NCBI GenBank assembly: GCA_965209155.1
Contig: OZ242383.1
Span: 4,194,201 to 4,258,200, forward strand
Source of the DNA: a bacterium
Lineage (GTDB): Bacteria > SAR324 > NAC60-12
DNA: 64,000 nt
Direction: 5' to 3'
Positions 19,105-28,088 of the stretch are shown here, piece by piece. Numbering within the stretch: the first letter of the stretch is position 1; every line of letters begins with the position of its first letter. Position numbers and translations under genes: made by a program. Under the pieces are notes generated by a model. It was not told the DNA's origin and searched no databases. It saw only the letters and a program-made list of their open reading frames with translations.

Positions 19105-19455
19105 TCAAACTGAGATTGATTCTTTTTTTTTCTTAGGTTCAATTATTGCCAGGACACCACCTATAAAAGCTAAAACCATAAAAATCGCTACTATCGTACC
19201 ACCTAAAATTGCACCTACAATCGCACAAAGACATGTTATAATTCCCGGGATTCGGCTGTTTGAAGTTAAAGTAATTGCTCCCATAACTATGGTAAGAAAA
19301 GAAAAGAGAACTCCACCCCAGCCGAGACCGATTACTGTATTCGCCCCTTCCGCTTGAAAGGCACCGCCTATTCCACCTATGAATAAAGTTGCACCGGCAG
19401 CAAATACACTGAAAATACCTGCAATTATTGCAATAATTCCTCCTGCTTTTCTCAT
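19105..19455 (-). CDS. Glycine-rich small integral membrane protein
   Basis: 116 aa, three to four hydrophobic segments rich in small-xxx-small glycine motifs, lysine-rich C-terminal tail. Confidence 0.5.
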   Translation of the reverse strand: MRKAGGIIAIIAGIFSVFAAGATLFIGGIGGAFQAEGANTVIGLGWGGVLFSFLTIVMGAITLTSNSRIPGIITCLCAIVGAILGGTIVAIFMVLAFIGGVLAIIEPKKKKESISV

Positions 19456-19525
19456 ATCATCTCCTTTCTGTTATTTTTGCGTCAATAGAATCCATTCGAT
19501 TCTGCCAGAAGTTCTACTTCACGAA

Positions 19526-19822
19526 TTATTTTCTCCTTTTGAAATCTTCTTTGATGACCCGGAACACGTATCTCATCTCGTCCTCAGACTTTTTCCCGAA
19601 ACGTTTTGCCATCCTGTAACCGAGATTAGTCCACGTCAATTTTTTTAATGCCAGTTTCCCAATTTCTTTTTTATTTAAAATTAGATTATTCCAAGAAAAA
19701 ATAAAATTTTCTAAATGCTTATTAGTTGGATTTTTGTTCGTAACATCCTTTACAAACTCTTTATCCAAAGCCAAGCGTTCCAGTTCAGCCAACACTTGCA
19801 GGTGAGTCACTTCTCGATTCAA
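19526..19822 (-). CDS. Small protein, member of local paralog family (LTW-x-LGY-x-M motif)
   Basis: 98 aa; shares a conserved C-terminal core with ORFs 20760..21020 and 21020..21286; a fragment of its 5-prime end is repeated at ~20490-20600. Confidence 0.5.
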   Translation of the reverse strand: MNREVTHLQVLAELERLALDKEFVKDVTNKNPTNKHLENFIFSWNNLILNKKEIGKLALKKLTWTNLGYRMAKRFGKKSEDEMRYVFRVIKEDFKRRK

Positions 19823-19834
19823 TTTGACCTCTTT

Positions 19835-20326
19835 TCACAATTCATTTTTTACTATTTCCTGAATAATTTTTTTAAATCTCTTAAATTCAATCTTTAATTC
19901 TTGTATAGTTTTATCTAATTCAACCATGTTCTTTCTGGAATTCATTTTAAATTCTTCATACGTCATATCAGGATCATATGTAGGTGATAATCGGACACTA
20001 ATAAAAAGAAGAACAAATGAACAAATAAAAACAACAAATGCTCGCTTTCGAGTTGGCAAGTACAAACGAGAAATGGGGTACAACATACAAATAAACGATA
20101 TTATACTAATGATCATAAAGACAAATACTAAAATAATACTTATTTCTTCCATTGTAGGTGGTAATTGGACACTAATAAAAAAAAGAACAAATGAACAAAT
20201 AAAAACAACAAATGCCCGCTTTCGAGTTGGCAAGTACAAACGAGAAATGGGGTACAACATACAAATAAACGATATTATACCAATGATCATACAGACAAAT
20301 ACTAAAATAATGCTTATTTCTTCCAT
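19835..20326 (-). CDS. Membrane protein with internal tandem duplication
   Basis: 163 aa; a ~58-aa unit with a transmembrane helix (MEEISIILVFV...RKRAFVVFICSFVL) occurs twice, from a direct ~186-bp DNA tandem repeat; opposite-strand ORF 19926..20594 judged a shadow. Confidence 0.45.
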   Translation of the reverse strand: MEEISIILVFVCMIIGIISFICMLYPISRLYLPTRKRAFVVFICSFVLFFISVQLPPTMEEISIILVFVFMIISIISFICMLYPISRLYLPTRKRAFVVFICSFVLLFISVRLSPTYDPDMTYEEFKMNSRKNMVELDKTIQELKIEFKRFKKIIQEIVKNEL

Positions 20327-20759
20327 AAATTACCTGTTTTTATTACAACCTAAATTGAGCGATTCTTTTCAAGAAATGGATTTTTCAGATGATTATTGTG
20401 CCCAAGGAATCGAATCATTGAGATATAAGCATTTGATCATCAAATTCATGGAAGTTCGGGTCAGAATGGATCTCAAGTTGATGTTTTCGGCTGTGGGGAA
20501 ACTTCATTTCTCATGCTATGCACACACTCATCCTCAGCCAGGCGTTCCAGTTCAGCCAACACTTGCAGGTGAGTCACTTTTCGATGCATTTTGACCTCTT
20601 TTCACAATTCATTTATTAGTATTTCCTGAATAATCTTTGCTTCACGGCATTCTTTATCTCGTGTTACTTCTTCCAAGCGCTTTAATTCTTTTATCGTGGA
20701 GACAGCGAAAATGACTTATTTCCCGGTGAATTTGAATTCCGTTCTTTTCAGGTATATAT

Positions 20760-21020
20760 TCATGATTTATCTGAATATTCATCAGCCAGGATGCGATAGG
20801 CATAGTCAATGTCTTCCGGATCTTGAGTTTTAAAATACCTGCCCATTTCGTAACCCAGACTGATCCACGTAATATAATTTAAATCAACCGTATCCAATCT
20901 TTTCCCTTTCCAGCCATCACGGAATGCTGATTGTTTATCCTCCGTAGGTGGCTCACGATTATCGGCAAATTTTTCCTCTTGTAATTCCCGAAGACGATTT
21001 AATACATTTTGATATCTCAT
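20760..21020 (-). CDS. Small protein, paralog family member
   Basis: 86 aa; NLTWxSLGYEMG...DPEDIDY...RILADEY core shared with its tandem neighbour. Confidence 0.5.
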   Translation of the reverse strand: MRYQNVLNRLRELQEEKFADNREPPTEDKQSAFRDGWKGKRLDTVDLNYITWISLGYEMGRYFKTQDPEDIDYAYRILADEYSDKS

Positions 21021-21286
21021 TATTCCCTATTATTTTTTGAATATTCATCAGCCAGGATGCGATAGACATAGTCAATATCTTCCGGATCTTGAGTTTTAAA
21101 ATACTTGCCCATTTCGTAACCCAGACTTTTCCACGTGAGGTTATTCGGATTTAATCTTGATATTCCTTTTCCAAACCATGCTTGTCGAAATGCTGATTGT
21201 TTATGCTCCGTAGGTGGCTCACGCTTTTCGACAGGCTTTTCCTCTTTTAATTCCTGAAGACGATTTAAGATTTCTGAATATTTCAT
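21020..21286 (-). CDS. Small protein, paralog family member
   Basis: 88 aa; tandem with 20760..21020, overlapping stop/start (translational coupling). Confidence 0.5.
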   Translation of the reverse strand: MKYSEILNRLQELKEEKPVEKREPPTEHKQSAFRQAWFGKGISRLNPNNLTWKSLGYEMGKYFKTQDPEDIDYVYRILADEYSKNNRE

Positions 21287-21383
21287 AATTCTCCTTTATC
21301 TTTAAGATTTTTCCTTAGGATTTTAAGCAGATATAAAACGTTTTGATATCTGCTTGGTACTCCTTAGAATTAAGATTTGAATA

Positions 21384-21700
21384 TAAAAAAACACTTGAAA
21401 AAATTTGCAAAAGGAGATTGAGCTGGGTTAGTATTTTTGATTGCCGAAAGGAGGATATAAAAAAAGCCCGTCTTCCCTCATGGGAAAATTCTTGAAAAAC
21501 ATTGCCGTGTTTCTCAAGGATATGATGGGTGTCCTGCTCCTCCTTTGGCCTTCTTGCTTTCCTGTCATTTCCTCCCTTTCATCGATGACCGGGCGGCCAA
21601 CTCACTGGGTCTTTCCCTTTTTACCAGGTTATCGATGACGCCAGCAAACTTGGTTTCCGTGTTGGTGAACCTTTTGTTAAGGAAAAAGAAGTTAAGAAAT
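21384..21700 (+). repeat. Dispersed ~320-bp repeat, element Y copy 1 (promoter-like)
   Basis: Shares with 22915-23250 and 25317-25650 a TTGCAA-N17-TAGTAT-like motif followed by an 11-bp inverted repeat CCAAAGGAGGA ... TCCTCCTTTGG about 85 nt apart. Confidence 0.65.
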
Positions 21701-21960
21701 CTGGTTCAATTTATCTTTCAGATCCGATACCTGTTCCGATGAAATTGGAATTGAAAATTCCCCATAAGGAATATTTGACATGGGTACAGGATGAGAGAGT
21801 GGCTTCCTGGGCCGAATCAAAAGCATTTTAGAATTTTCTTCATCTTCTTTAATACTGACATCTGCTTCAAATTTAACATTCAACGTTACTTGTGAATTTT
21901 TATCCATATTTATCTTCTTTTTTTTTGAAATCGATATTGATTAATTTTTCTCTGTACTTT

Positions 21961-22200
21961 TGAAGGAGTTGAGTAAAACCCGCACGATGATTGGCTCGTT
22001 GGCTTTCGATTGGAAGTCCGCAACGATTTGGGAGATCAAAAAATTTGCAATCGAGATGATTCTATGATCAGCATTGGAATTCGTCGGTTGAGACCAAGAT
22101 TGAAGGAATCCGAGGGTCTCCAATTTCAATTAGAGAAACTGAAACGTCAAATACTTGCTTGAAGTTTCAAACTTTCTGGCCTGCCCCCTTTTCAATATGA
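21961..22200 (+). repeat. Element X copy 3 (3-prime ~240 bp only)
   Basis: Aligns with the 3-prime half of 16141-16640. Confidence 0.65.
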
Positions 22201-22213
22201 AAACTAAAGAGAT

Positions 22214-22891
22214 TTAAAGACCTGTAATGAATAGAATGAAATAACCATCATATTTAATTAATTTTTCAATTCCATAAGTAGGGATGCCTATAGTAAAATC
22301 AGAACGAACCTCCATAGAATTTGTTTGAGTAGGAACGTCATTAATATAAACACCAAAATAACCGATTGATAGAGGTCTTTCATACGGAATTATTTTGAAT
22401 CGGATTTTAAAATCTGATAATTGAATAAATGATGCAGCAGATGATTCAAAAAAACTTTCCATTTTCACACGTAGTTCGGGGGGGAAATGTAAACCTAGCG
22501 TCCTAACGCCTTCATCATTAGGGAAATAAGTAATATTAATTATTTCTTCATCAACATATTTACCATCCCTTTCTTTATCTAAAAAAGCGGGAATCGAAAA
22601 AGAGACCATATGTTTAAATAGTCCTTTTTCTTCACATCCTAAATATTCTGCCCCTTTGAAAATAAAAGGAATTTTTGCTTGTAATTCAAAAACTGTATCT
22701 TCTGGCAAATTACTTTTGCTCTTAGTACATCCCTGAACTTCAATATTCATAATTCCATTAACCTCTATCGGATCTGTCCCTTCTTTAGCAAAATTAGCGA
22801 GGTCGATTTCCATAAATAAATCTAGATCACAACCTGAAATCAAAACTACAATTAATAACAAACCCAATATGCTGAAAATTGACTTTTTCAT
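22214..22891 (-). CDS. Hypothetical lipoprotein (paralog of 23258..23911)
   Basis: ORF 22214..22903 trimmed to MKKSIFSILGLLLIVVLISGC (lipobox); GGAG SD upstream. Confidence 0.55.
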   Translation of the reverse strand: MKKSIFSILGLLLIVVLISGCDLDLFMEIDLANFAKEGTDPIEVNGIMNIEVQGCTKSKSNLPEDTVFELQAKIPFIFKGAEYLGCEEKGLFKHMVSFSIPAFLDKERDGKYVDEEIINITYFPNDEGVRTLGLHFPPELRVKMESFFESSAASFIQLSDFKIRFKIIPYERPLSIGYFGVYINDVPTQTNSMEVRSDFTIGIPTYGIEKLIKYDGYFILFITGL

Positions 22892-22914
22892 ATCAAACTC
22901 CAAATATAATTTAT

Positions 22915-23250
22915 CAAATAATACTTAAAAAGTTTGCAAAACAGGATTGACAGGGTTAGTATTTTTGGTTGCCAAAGGAGGAAATAAAAAAGCCCGTCCT
23001 CCCTCTTTGGGAATTTCTTGAAAAACATTGCCGTGTTTCTCAAGGATATGATGGGTGTCCTGCTCCTCCTTTGGCCTTCTTGCTATCCTGTCATTTCCTT
23101 CCTTTCCTTAAAGACCGGGCGGTAAACTCACCGTGTCTTTCCCTGTTTACCAGGTTATCGATGTTGCCAGCAAACTTGGCTTCCATCTTTGTAAATCTTT
23201 CGCAATCTCTTCCGCTTTCCGATGAATCATTTCAGAAATTTTCTGTCATT
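22915..23250 (+). repeat. Element Y copy 2
   Basis: See 21384-21700; lies between the two paralogous lipoprotein genes. Confidence 0.65.
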
Positions 23251-23257
23251 GAAATTG

Positions 23258-23911
23258 TTAAAAATTGTATGATTGAGTACTGAATACGACAAATTCCTTC
23301 ATTTCATTTGATAACAAAACCCTTGTCCCGTAATGGGGTATTCTTACAGAGAACTCAGAATTCAGTGTAGTATCTATAAATTGGTATGGTTTATCATTCA
23401 AATACACTCCCATTCCTTTTACATTCAATGGAGTCAAATCGGGTAAGATTTGGAATTTTATATTAATATCATCCATTTTTATTTCATCAGACGCAGATAT
23501 TAACAAATTCAATTTCCCTTTTAATCCTGGAGGAAATGAAAAAATTAATTCTCTTTCACCATTTTCAAGTTTAAAATATTCTAAATTTGATATTTCATCA
23601 TCCACTGGTTTGTCATTGTCATTATTATCAATATAAACTGGAATTTCAAATAACAAGTAATAGTCAAAACCCGAACGATCACAATCCTCATATTTTGCCC
23701 ATTTGAAGACATAAAGTAATTGTTCTTTTAATTTACTGACATCATCACTATCACACACATTAACTTCCACTGCCAATCGACCTTTTATAAGAGTTGATTT
23801 ACCATCATCAGTAAATAGATTGAGATTAACTGGTATATCAATAAAAATATCACAACTGGCTATAACTAAAGATATTACTAGTAATTTTATACAACAAACA
23901 ATCTTCCTCAT
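23258..23911 (-). CDS. Hypothetical lipoprotein (paralog of 22214..22891)
   Basis: ORF 23258..23956 trimmed to MRKIVCCIKLLVISLVIASC (lipobox); shares domain order and several motifs with the neighbouring lipoprotein. Confidence 0.5.
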   Translation of the reverse strand: MRKIVCCIKLLVISLVIASCDIFIDIPVNLNLFTDDGKSTLIKGRLAVEVNVCDSDDVSKLKEQLLYVFKWAKYEDCDRSGFDYYLLFEIPVYIDNNDNDKPVDDEISNLEYFKLENGERELIFSFPPGLKGKLNLLISASDEIKMDDINIKFQILPDLTPLNVKGMGVYLNDKPYQFIDTTLNSEFSVRIPHYGTRVLLSNEMKEFVVFSTQSYNF

Positions 23912-24106
23912 AAGACATTCTCCATGAAAATAATTGCAAATGAATATGGTCAGCATAGTAAAAATTGAAATTGTTCTTGAAGCTATTCAATTTGAAGAAA
24001 AAATTATTTTTGGCTGAGCTGCTTGAAATCGGATTCGCCCAACGTTTAGCTTCAATTGTTTTTTTTTGGAAAAATCCCCAGCTCAATCAACAAACTATCA
24101 TCTCCT

Positions 24107-25159
24107 CTAAGACGAATGCATTTGCCAAGCAAGCATCAACTGCAATGCGCGCTTCTGCAAAACCGGATCTTTAGGAGCTTTTATCCTTCCTTCAGAATCA
24201 AATACAATTCCTAATGATGGATATTGAAAAAATCTCTCCAAATCTGGATCAAAATCAGGCTTAAGATCGCCTTTATAACCATCCCACAGGACCAAAGGCG
24301 GTAGATCCGCGTTCAATTCAAGCTCCGTCCACATGGGCGAGTGATCGCTCACCCCCGACTTCCGGTATTTGTGGCAGTAACCGCAGGCTTTGAGATCGAA
24401 ATGTCTCGATACGAAAGTGTGGTCGTAACATTTCGGAGAGCCTTTTGTGACGTGGGTGACTGGGGTTCTGGCAAAACCGTGGAGAGCGCGATAGGCGTCG
24501 CGCAGACCATGCCGTGATGCGCCGGCGAGGACGGAACGCACAGGGTCGTCCCATTCCTTACCCGAACCCCTGCGACCGTAACCGTCTGCCCATTCTTTGC
24601 AAAGGTATGGGACCCCATTTTTGTCTATATTTTCGCCCCAAGTCACAACCTGTCCGGAACTGCGAAATTCTCGCGGCTCATTGAAATCACCGGTCAGGAT
24701 TCGTGGCGAGTCGTTCCCCTCGCGAAGCGCCGCCAACAAGACGTTGAAGGTGTCGATTTTCGACCAGCCATTGCCGGAACCATTGGGGATGTGGACCGTG
24801 AAGAGCTCGACGTCTCCCTCCGGTAGTTCGATCATCGCTCGCCCCAGTATCTCCGGGTAAGGCGCACCCTTGCGCCATGTATCGTCGACAGGACTTAATG
24901 GCCACTTGCTCGCGATGAGACATTGATATTTCTTCTTATACTTAATCAGCCATTTTGGATTATCAGGCGCATCTTTGCCGCTGTTCAAGGAGTGTTTGAG
25001 TCCAAGTCCGGCGAGGCACTTCGCCATCTCATCCGCGAGCTCCGACTTGACCTCCTGCAATGTGACCAGGTCCGGCTTTACGGCGCCAATGGCTTTAACA
25101 ACCAGATGTAAGTTTTTAGGCAAGGTATTAAATTTAACGTTCCAGGAAAGTAGTCTCAT
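24107..25159 (-). CDS. Endonuclease/exonuclease/phosphatase (EEP) family protein
   Basis: 350 aa; EEP-type N-terminus (LLSWNVKFNT...DLVTLQEV) and conserved C-terminal SDHSP; ~100-aa C-terminal extension of unknown function. Confidence 0.6.
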   Translation of the reverse strand: MRLLSWNVKFNTLPKNLHLVVKAIGAVKPDLVTLQEVKSELADEMAKCLAGLGLKHSLNSGKDAPDNPKWLIKYKKKYQCLIASKWPLSPVDDTWRKGAPYPEILGRAMIELPEGDVELFTVHIPNGSGNGWSKIDTFNVLLAALREGNDSPRILTGDFNEPREFRSSGQVVTWGENIDKNGVPYLCKEWADGYGRRGSGKEWDDPVRSVLAGASRHGLRDAYRALHGFARTPVTHVTKGSPKCYDHTFVSRHFDLKACGYCHKYRKSGVSDHSPMWTELELNADLPPLVLWDGYKGDLKPDFDPDLERFFQYPSLGIVFDSEGRIKAPKDPVLQKRALQLMLAWQMHSS

Positions 25160-25316
25160 GAAAGGCTCACGTGCTTATCCAGTGAAATTCCATGGCTGTT
25201 TGTATGCAAAGAATTCAGGGTTCCCATCCAATCATCGATACGATATTCTCCCGCCAATACAGGCGAGGGATTCTTTTTTCTCATCACTTAGCGACCTTTC
25301 TTGCAACTCGGAAAAC

Positions 25317-25650
25317 TATAAAAAGTTTGCAAAACAGGATTGAGAGGGTTAGTATTCTTGGTTGCCAAAGGAGGAAATAAAAAAGCCCGTCCTCCCTCAT
25401 GGGGAAATTCTTGAAAAACATTGCCGTGTTTCTCAAGGATATGATGGGTGTGCTGCTCCTCCTTTGGCCTTCCTATTATCCTGTCATGCCTTTCCTTTCA
25501 TTGAAGACTGGGTGCCAAACTCATCTGGTTTTGATCTGGTTGCCAGGTTATTGATGAGGCCAGCCAACCTGATTTCAATGTTGGCGAAGCTTTTGTTTGA
25601 GGTTTTGTCACCTGGTCCCATATTGTCAAACTTGTCACCCAATCGTCGGA
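25317..25650 (+). repeat. Element Y copy 3
   Basis: See 21384-21700; located upstream of and divergent from the EEP gene. Confidence 0.65.
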
Positions 25651-26189
25651 ATCCCTGATCCGAGTTGGCTGTCCCACCGACCGAGTGTTTCCCTTTGAAG
25701 ATGGCATACGTGGTTCATGCGCGTGTATCTTCTTCCTGGAATTTCATTTTTACGTGGCAATCTGTTTCTCGATGGCGCTGTGATAAAAAGGTTGCATTCG
25801 ACGTCCGTATGGGGACGCCGGGTTATAGCAACGCAACCTAATCTAGGAGGAAGGCCCGACTATTTGTCCAGAATGGAGTGGCCAAACTCCAATCAGATTA
25901 GGGACTATTCTATTCATCGGGTAACCCGACAAATAAATTAAGTCGCGTTGCTGTTCACACTATGAATGAATGATTTAGAGATGTCAATATACTTTTCCAA
26001 AAAAATATAATCTTTATTTTACGAAAAGACGCTCGACTCCGGTGAGCATTACTGAGTGGAAGGCAATTGCCTGGAAATATCAATGTCCCGGGGCCTATGG
26101 ACTCCGCAGACGGTCGTTTACATATTATCCATTACATTCCCTATGATTTGATCCTGGTACGCTTTGGTGTGAGTCCGTAGATCCTCTCT

Positions 26190-26650
26190 ATGTCATTCCT
26201 GTGCAAGTGGGAATCCAGGGAATCGAAATGACCCCTGGATTCCGGGTCTTCGCAAGGAATGACACATTCTTGGATTCGGGGTCTTCGCCTGGAATGACAT
26301 CCTCCTGGATTAGCGGTATTCGTTTGGAAAGACACGTTCATGGATTCCTGGTCTGTGCAAGGAATGACACATTCTTGGATTACTGGTCTGTGCCAGGAAT
26401 GACACATTCTTGGATTACTGGTCTTCGCCAGGAATGACACATTCTTGGTGTGGTGTTTTTCGCTTGGAATGACACGTTCCTGGATTACTGGTCTTCGCCA
26501 GGATTGACATCCTCCTGGATTAGTGGTATTCGCCAGGAATAACACATTCTTGGATTAGTGGTATTCGTTTGTAATGACATGTTCCTGGATTTCTGGTCTT
26601 CGCAAGGAATGACACGTTCCTGGATTCCTGATCTGTGCAAGGAATGACAA
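26190..26650 (+). repeat. Tandem array of ~12 REP-like 35-bp hairpin units
   Basis: Contiguous degenerate units of consensus TGGATTCCGGGTCTTCGCCAGGAATGACACATTCT, each with an internal inverted repeat; no unique spacers. Confidence 0.8.
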
Positions 26651-26679
26651 CGCTGCGAATAGCCGGAAGGGTTTCTGCC

Positions 26680-27906
26680 TCAGCGGACGAATTTGCGGAC
26701 GAGATTGAGGGGTTGCGCGTTGCCGGCGGTTGGAAGCACCACCAGGCTGCTCGCCTGGCAGTTGGGAATCGGTTGGTGGCGGATATTCTTCAAGTCACCC
26801 GCGGGCAAAGGGATGGTGCTTCCATCAAAGGAAAGAATTTCAAGAAAGTCCTGGTAGCAGAACGGATTTTGCGCGAGCAGGGTCATGTAACGAGATTTTA
26901 CTTCAACCAGGGTTCCCGCCATTTCATAGCGTGCATTGTTTATTCCCAGCCCTTCATTGTCGTTATAAATACTGTCCGCACCTGCAGGCTGCGTCAAGGA
27001 GCCTTGCGTATACGGGCGGTGAGGGACTTTTTCCAGTTCCGCGGACAGGGGGGGCAGGTCGACCTCCATTTCCCCTGGTCGTTCCCGGTACTTTCTCAAT
27101 GCGGCGGCATAGGTCCGGACGGTCGTGGCCACGTAGAGATTGCTTTTCATGCGTCCTTCAATTTTGAGACTGCAAACCCCCGCCTTCACGAATCGAGGGA
27201 GGAGTGCCAGACCCTGTAAATCTTTGGAACTCATGAAAGTCGTTTTCTCGAATGAAGGGTCCCGTCCGCGCTCTTGATCTTTTTTATTCTCCCGGATGGA
27301 ATAAGAAAAGCGGCAGCTTTGCGCGCAACCTCCTCGATTGCTGTCCCGGCCCAGGGTGTAATTGGAAATGGTGCAGTTGCCGGAATAGGCCATGCACATC
27401 GAGCCGTGGATGAACATTTCCACTTCGATGCCGGCTCGTTCCCGGATGACCCGCGCCTGGTCGATGGAAAGTTCACGTCCCAGAACAATACGCTTCACTC
27501 CCAGGTTTTTCCATAGCACGGCCGCCTGGGAGTTCAAACAGGAAGCCTGGGTGGAGAGGTGGATGGCGAGGTTGGAATGGCGTTGCGCCACCGAAAGCAT
27601 TCCCGCATCCGAAACGATCACGGCGTCGACACCGCAAGATTCCAGAAATTTGACGTAATCCGGGAGATCGAGCAACTCTTCATCGTGGGGGAAGGAATTC
27701 AAAGTAACGTAAACTTTCACGCCTCGTTGTTGGGCAAACGCGACTCCTTCCTCCATGTCCTCGTCCGAAAAATTATCCGTCCCGGCACGCAAGCCGAAGC
27801 AAGGCCCGGCCAGGTAGACCGCATCCGCTCCGTACAATACGGCAATTTTCAATTTTTCCAGGTTGCCGGCCGGTGCCAGCAATTCGGGGATTGCCTGGGG
27901 CTTCAT
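26680..27906 (-). CDS. Peptidase U32 family protein
   Basis: 408 aa; N-terminus ELLAPAGNLEKLKIAVLYGADAVYLAG typical of the U32 family; conserved cysteine-containing core. Confidence 0.75.
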   Translation of the reverse strand: MKPQAIPELLAPAGNLEKLKIAVLYGADAVYLAGPCFGLRAGTDNFSDEDMEEGVAFAQQRGVKVYVTLNSFPHDEELLDLPDYVKFLESCGVDAVIVSDAGMLSVAQRHSNLAIHLSTQASCLNSQAAVLWKNLGVKRIVLGRELSIDQARVIRERAGIEVEMFIHGSMCMAYSGNCTISNYTLGRDSNRGGCAQSCRFSYSIRENKKDQERGRDPSFEKTTFMSSKDLQGLALLPRFVKAGVCSLKIEGRMKSNLYVATTVRTYAAALRKYRERPGEMEVDLPPLSAELEKVPHRPYTQGSLTQPAGADSIYNDNEGLGINNARYEMAGTLVEVKSRYMTLLAQNPFCYQDFLEILSFDGSTIPLPAGDLKNIRHQPIPNCQASSLVVLPTAGNAQPLNLVRKFVR

Positions 27907-28088
27907 TCCAAGTCTCGATTGTCGGCGTAATTTAACCTGGGTTCGATGTTACTCTTCGAATCCGAGTGTCCTTTTGAGTATGTCATTCTCTCCCAATCGG
28001 GAAAGCAGATTTTGGTTGCGCTGAATCTCCCTGGATTCCTGGTCAAGCCAGGAATGACACGGAATAAGAAAACAAACCGGCCCACGGC

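Noticed and set aside
19926-20594. 222-aa plus-strand ORF across the 186-bp tandem duplication
   Set aside because: The opposite-strand ORF (19835..20326) encodes transmembrane helices and is co-oriented with every neighbouring gene; the plus-strand frame is repetitive and lacks a plausible start context.
21441-21638. Small ORFs inside element Y copies (21441..21638, 22969..23283, 25362..25658) as protein-coding genes
   Set aside because: Differences between copies are predominantly non-synonymous and include frame-disrupting changes, and the SD-like sequence is part of an inverted repeat too far from any start codon; more consistent with a non-coding repeat.
26141-26545. ORFs translated from the tandem repeat arrays (this one, 26201..26437, 33712..34005, 33733..34011, 43617..44048, 43768..44055) and the small ORFs 16314..16499 and 18233..18433
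   Set aside because: Their proteins are just periodic translations of the REP-like units (for example SFRAQTRNPG...); repeat artefacts, not genes.
26190-26650. Possible CRISPR array (regular ~35-bp periodicity with palindromic units); same question for the arrays at 33854-34075 and 43836-44042
   Set aside because: Units are directly contiguous and degenerate, the segment between stems is conserved between units rather than unique, and no cas genes or leader are nearby; consistent with a REP/BIME-like family.
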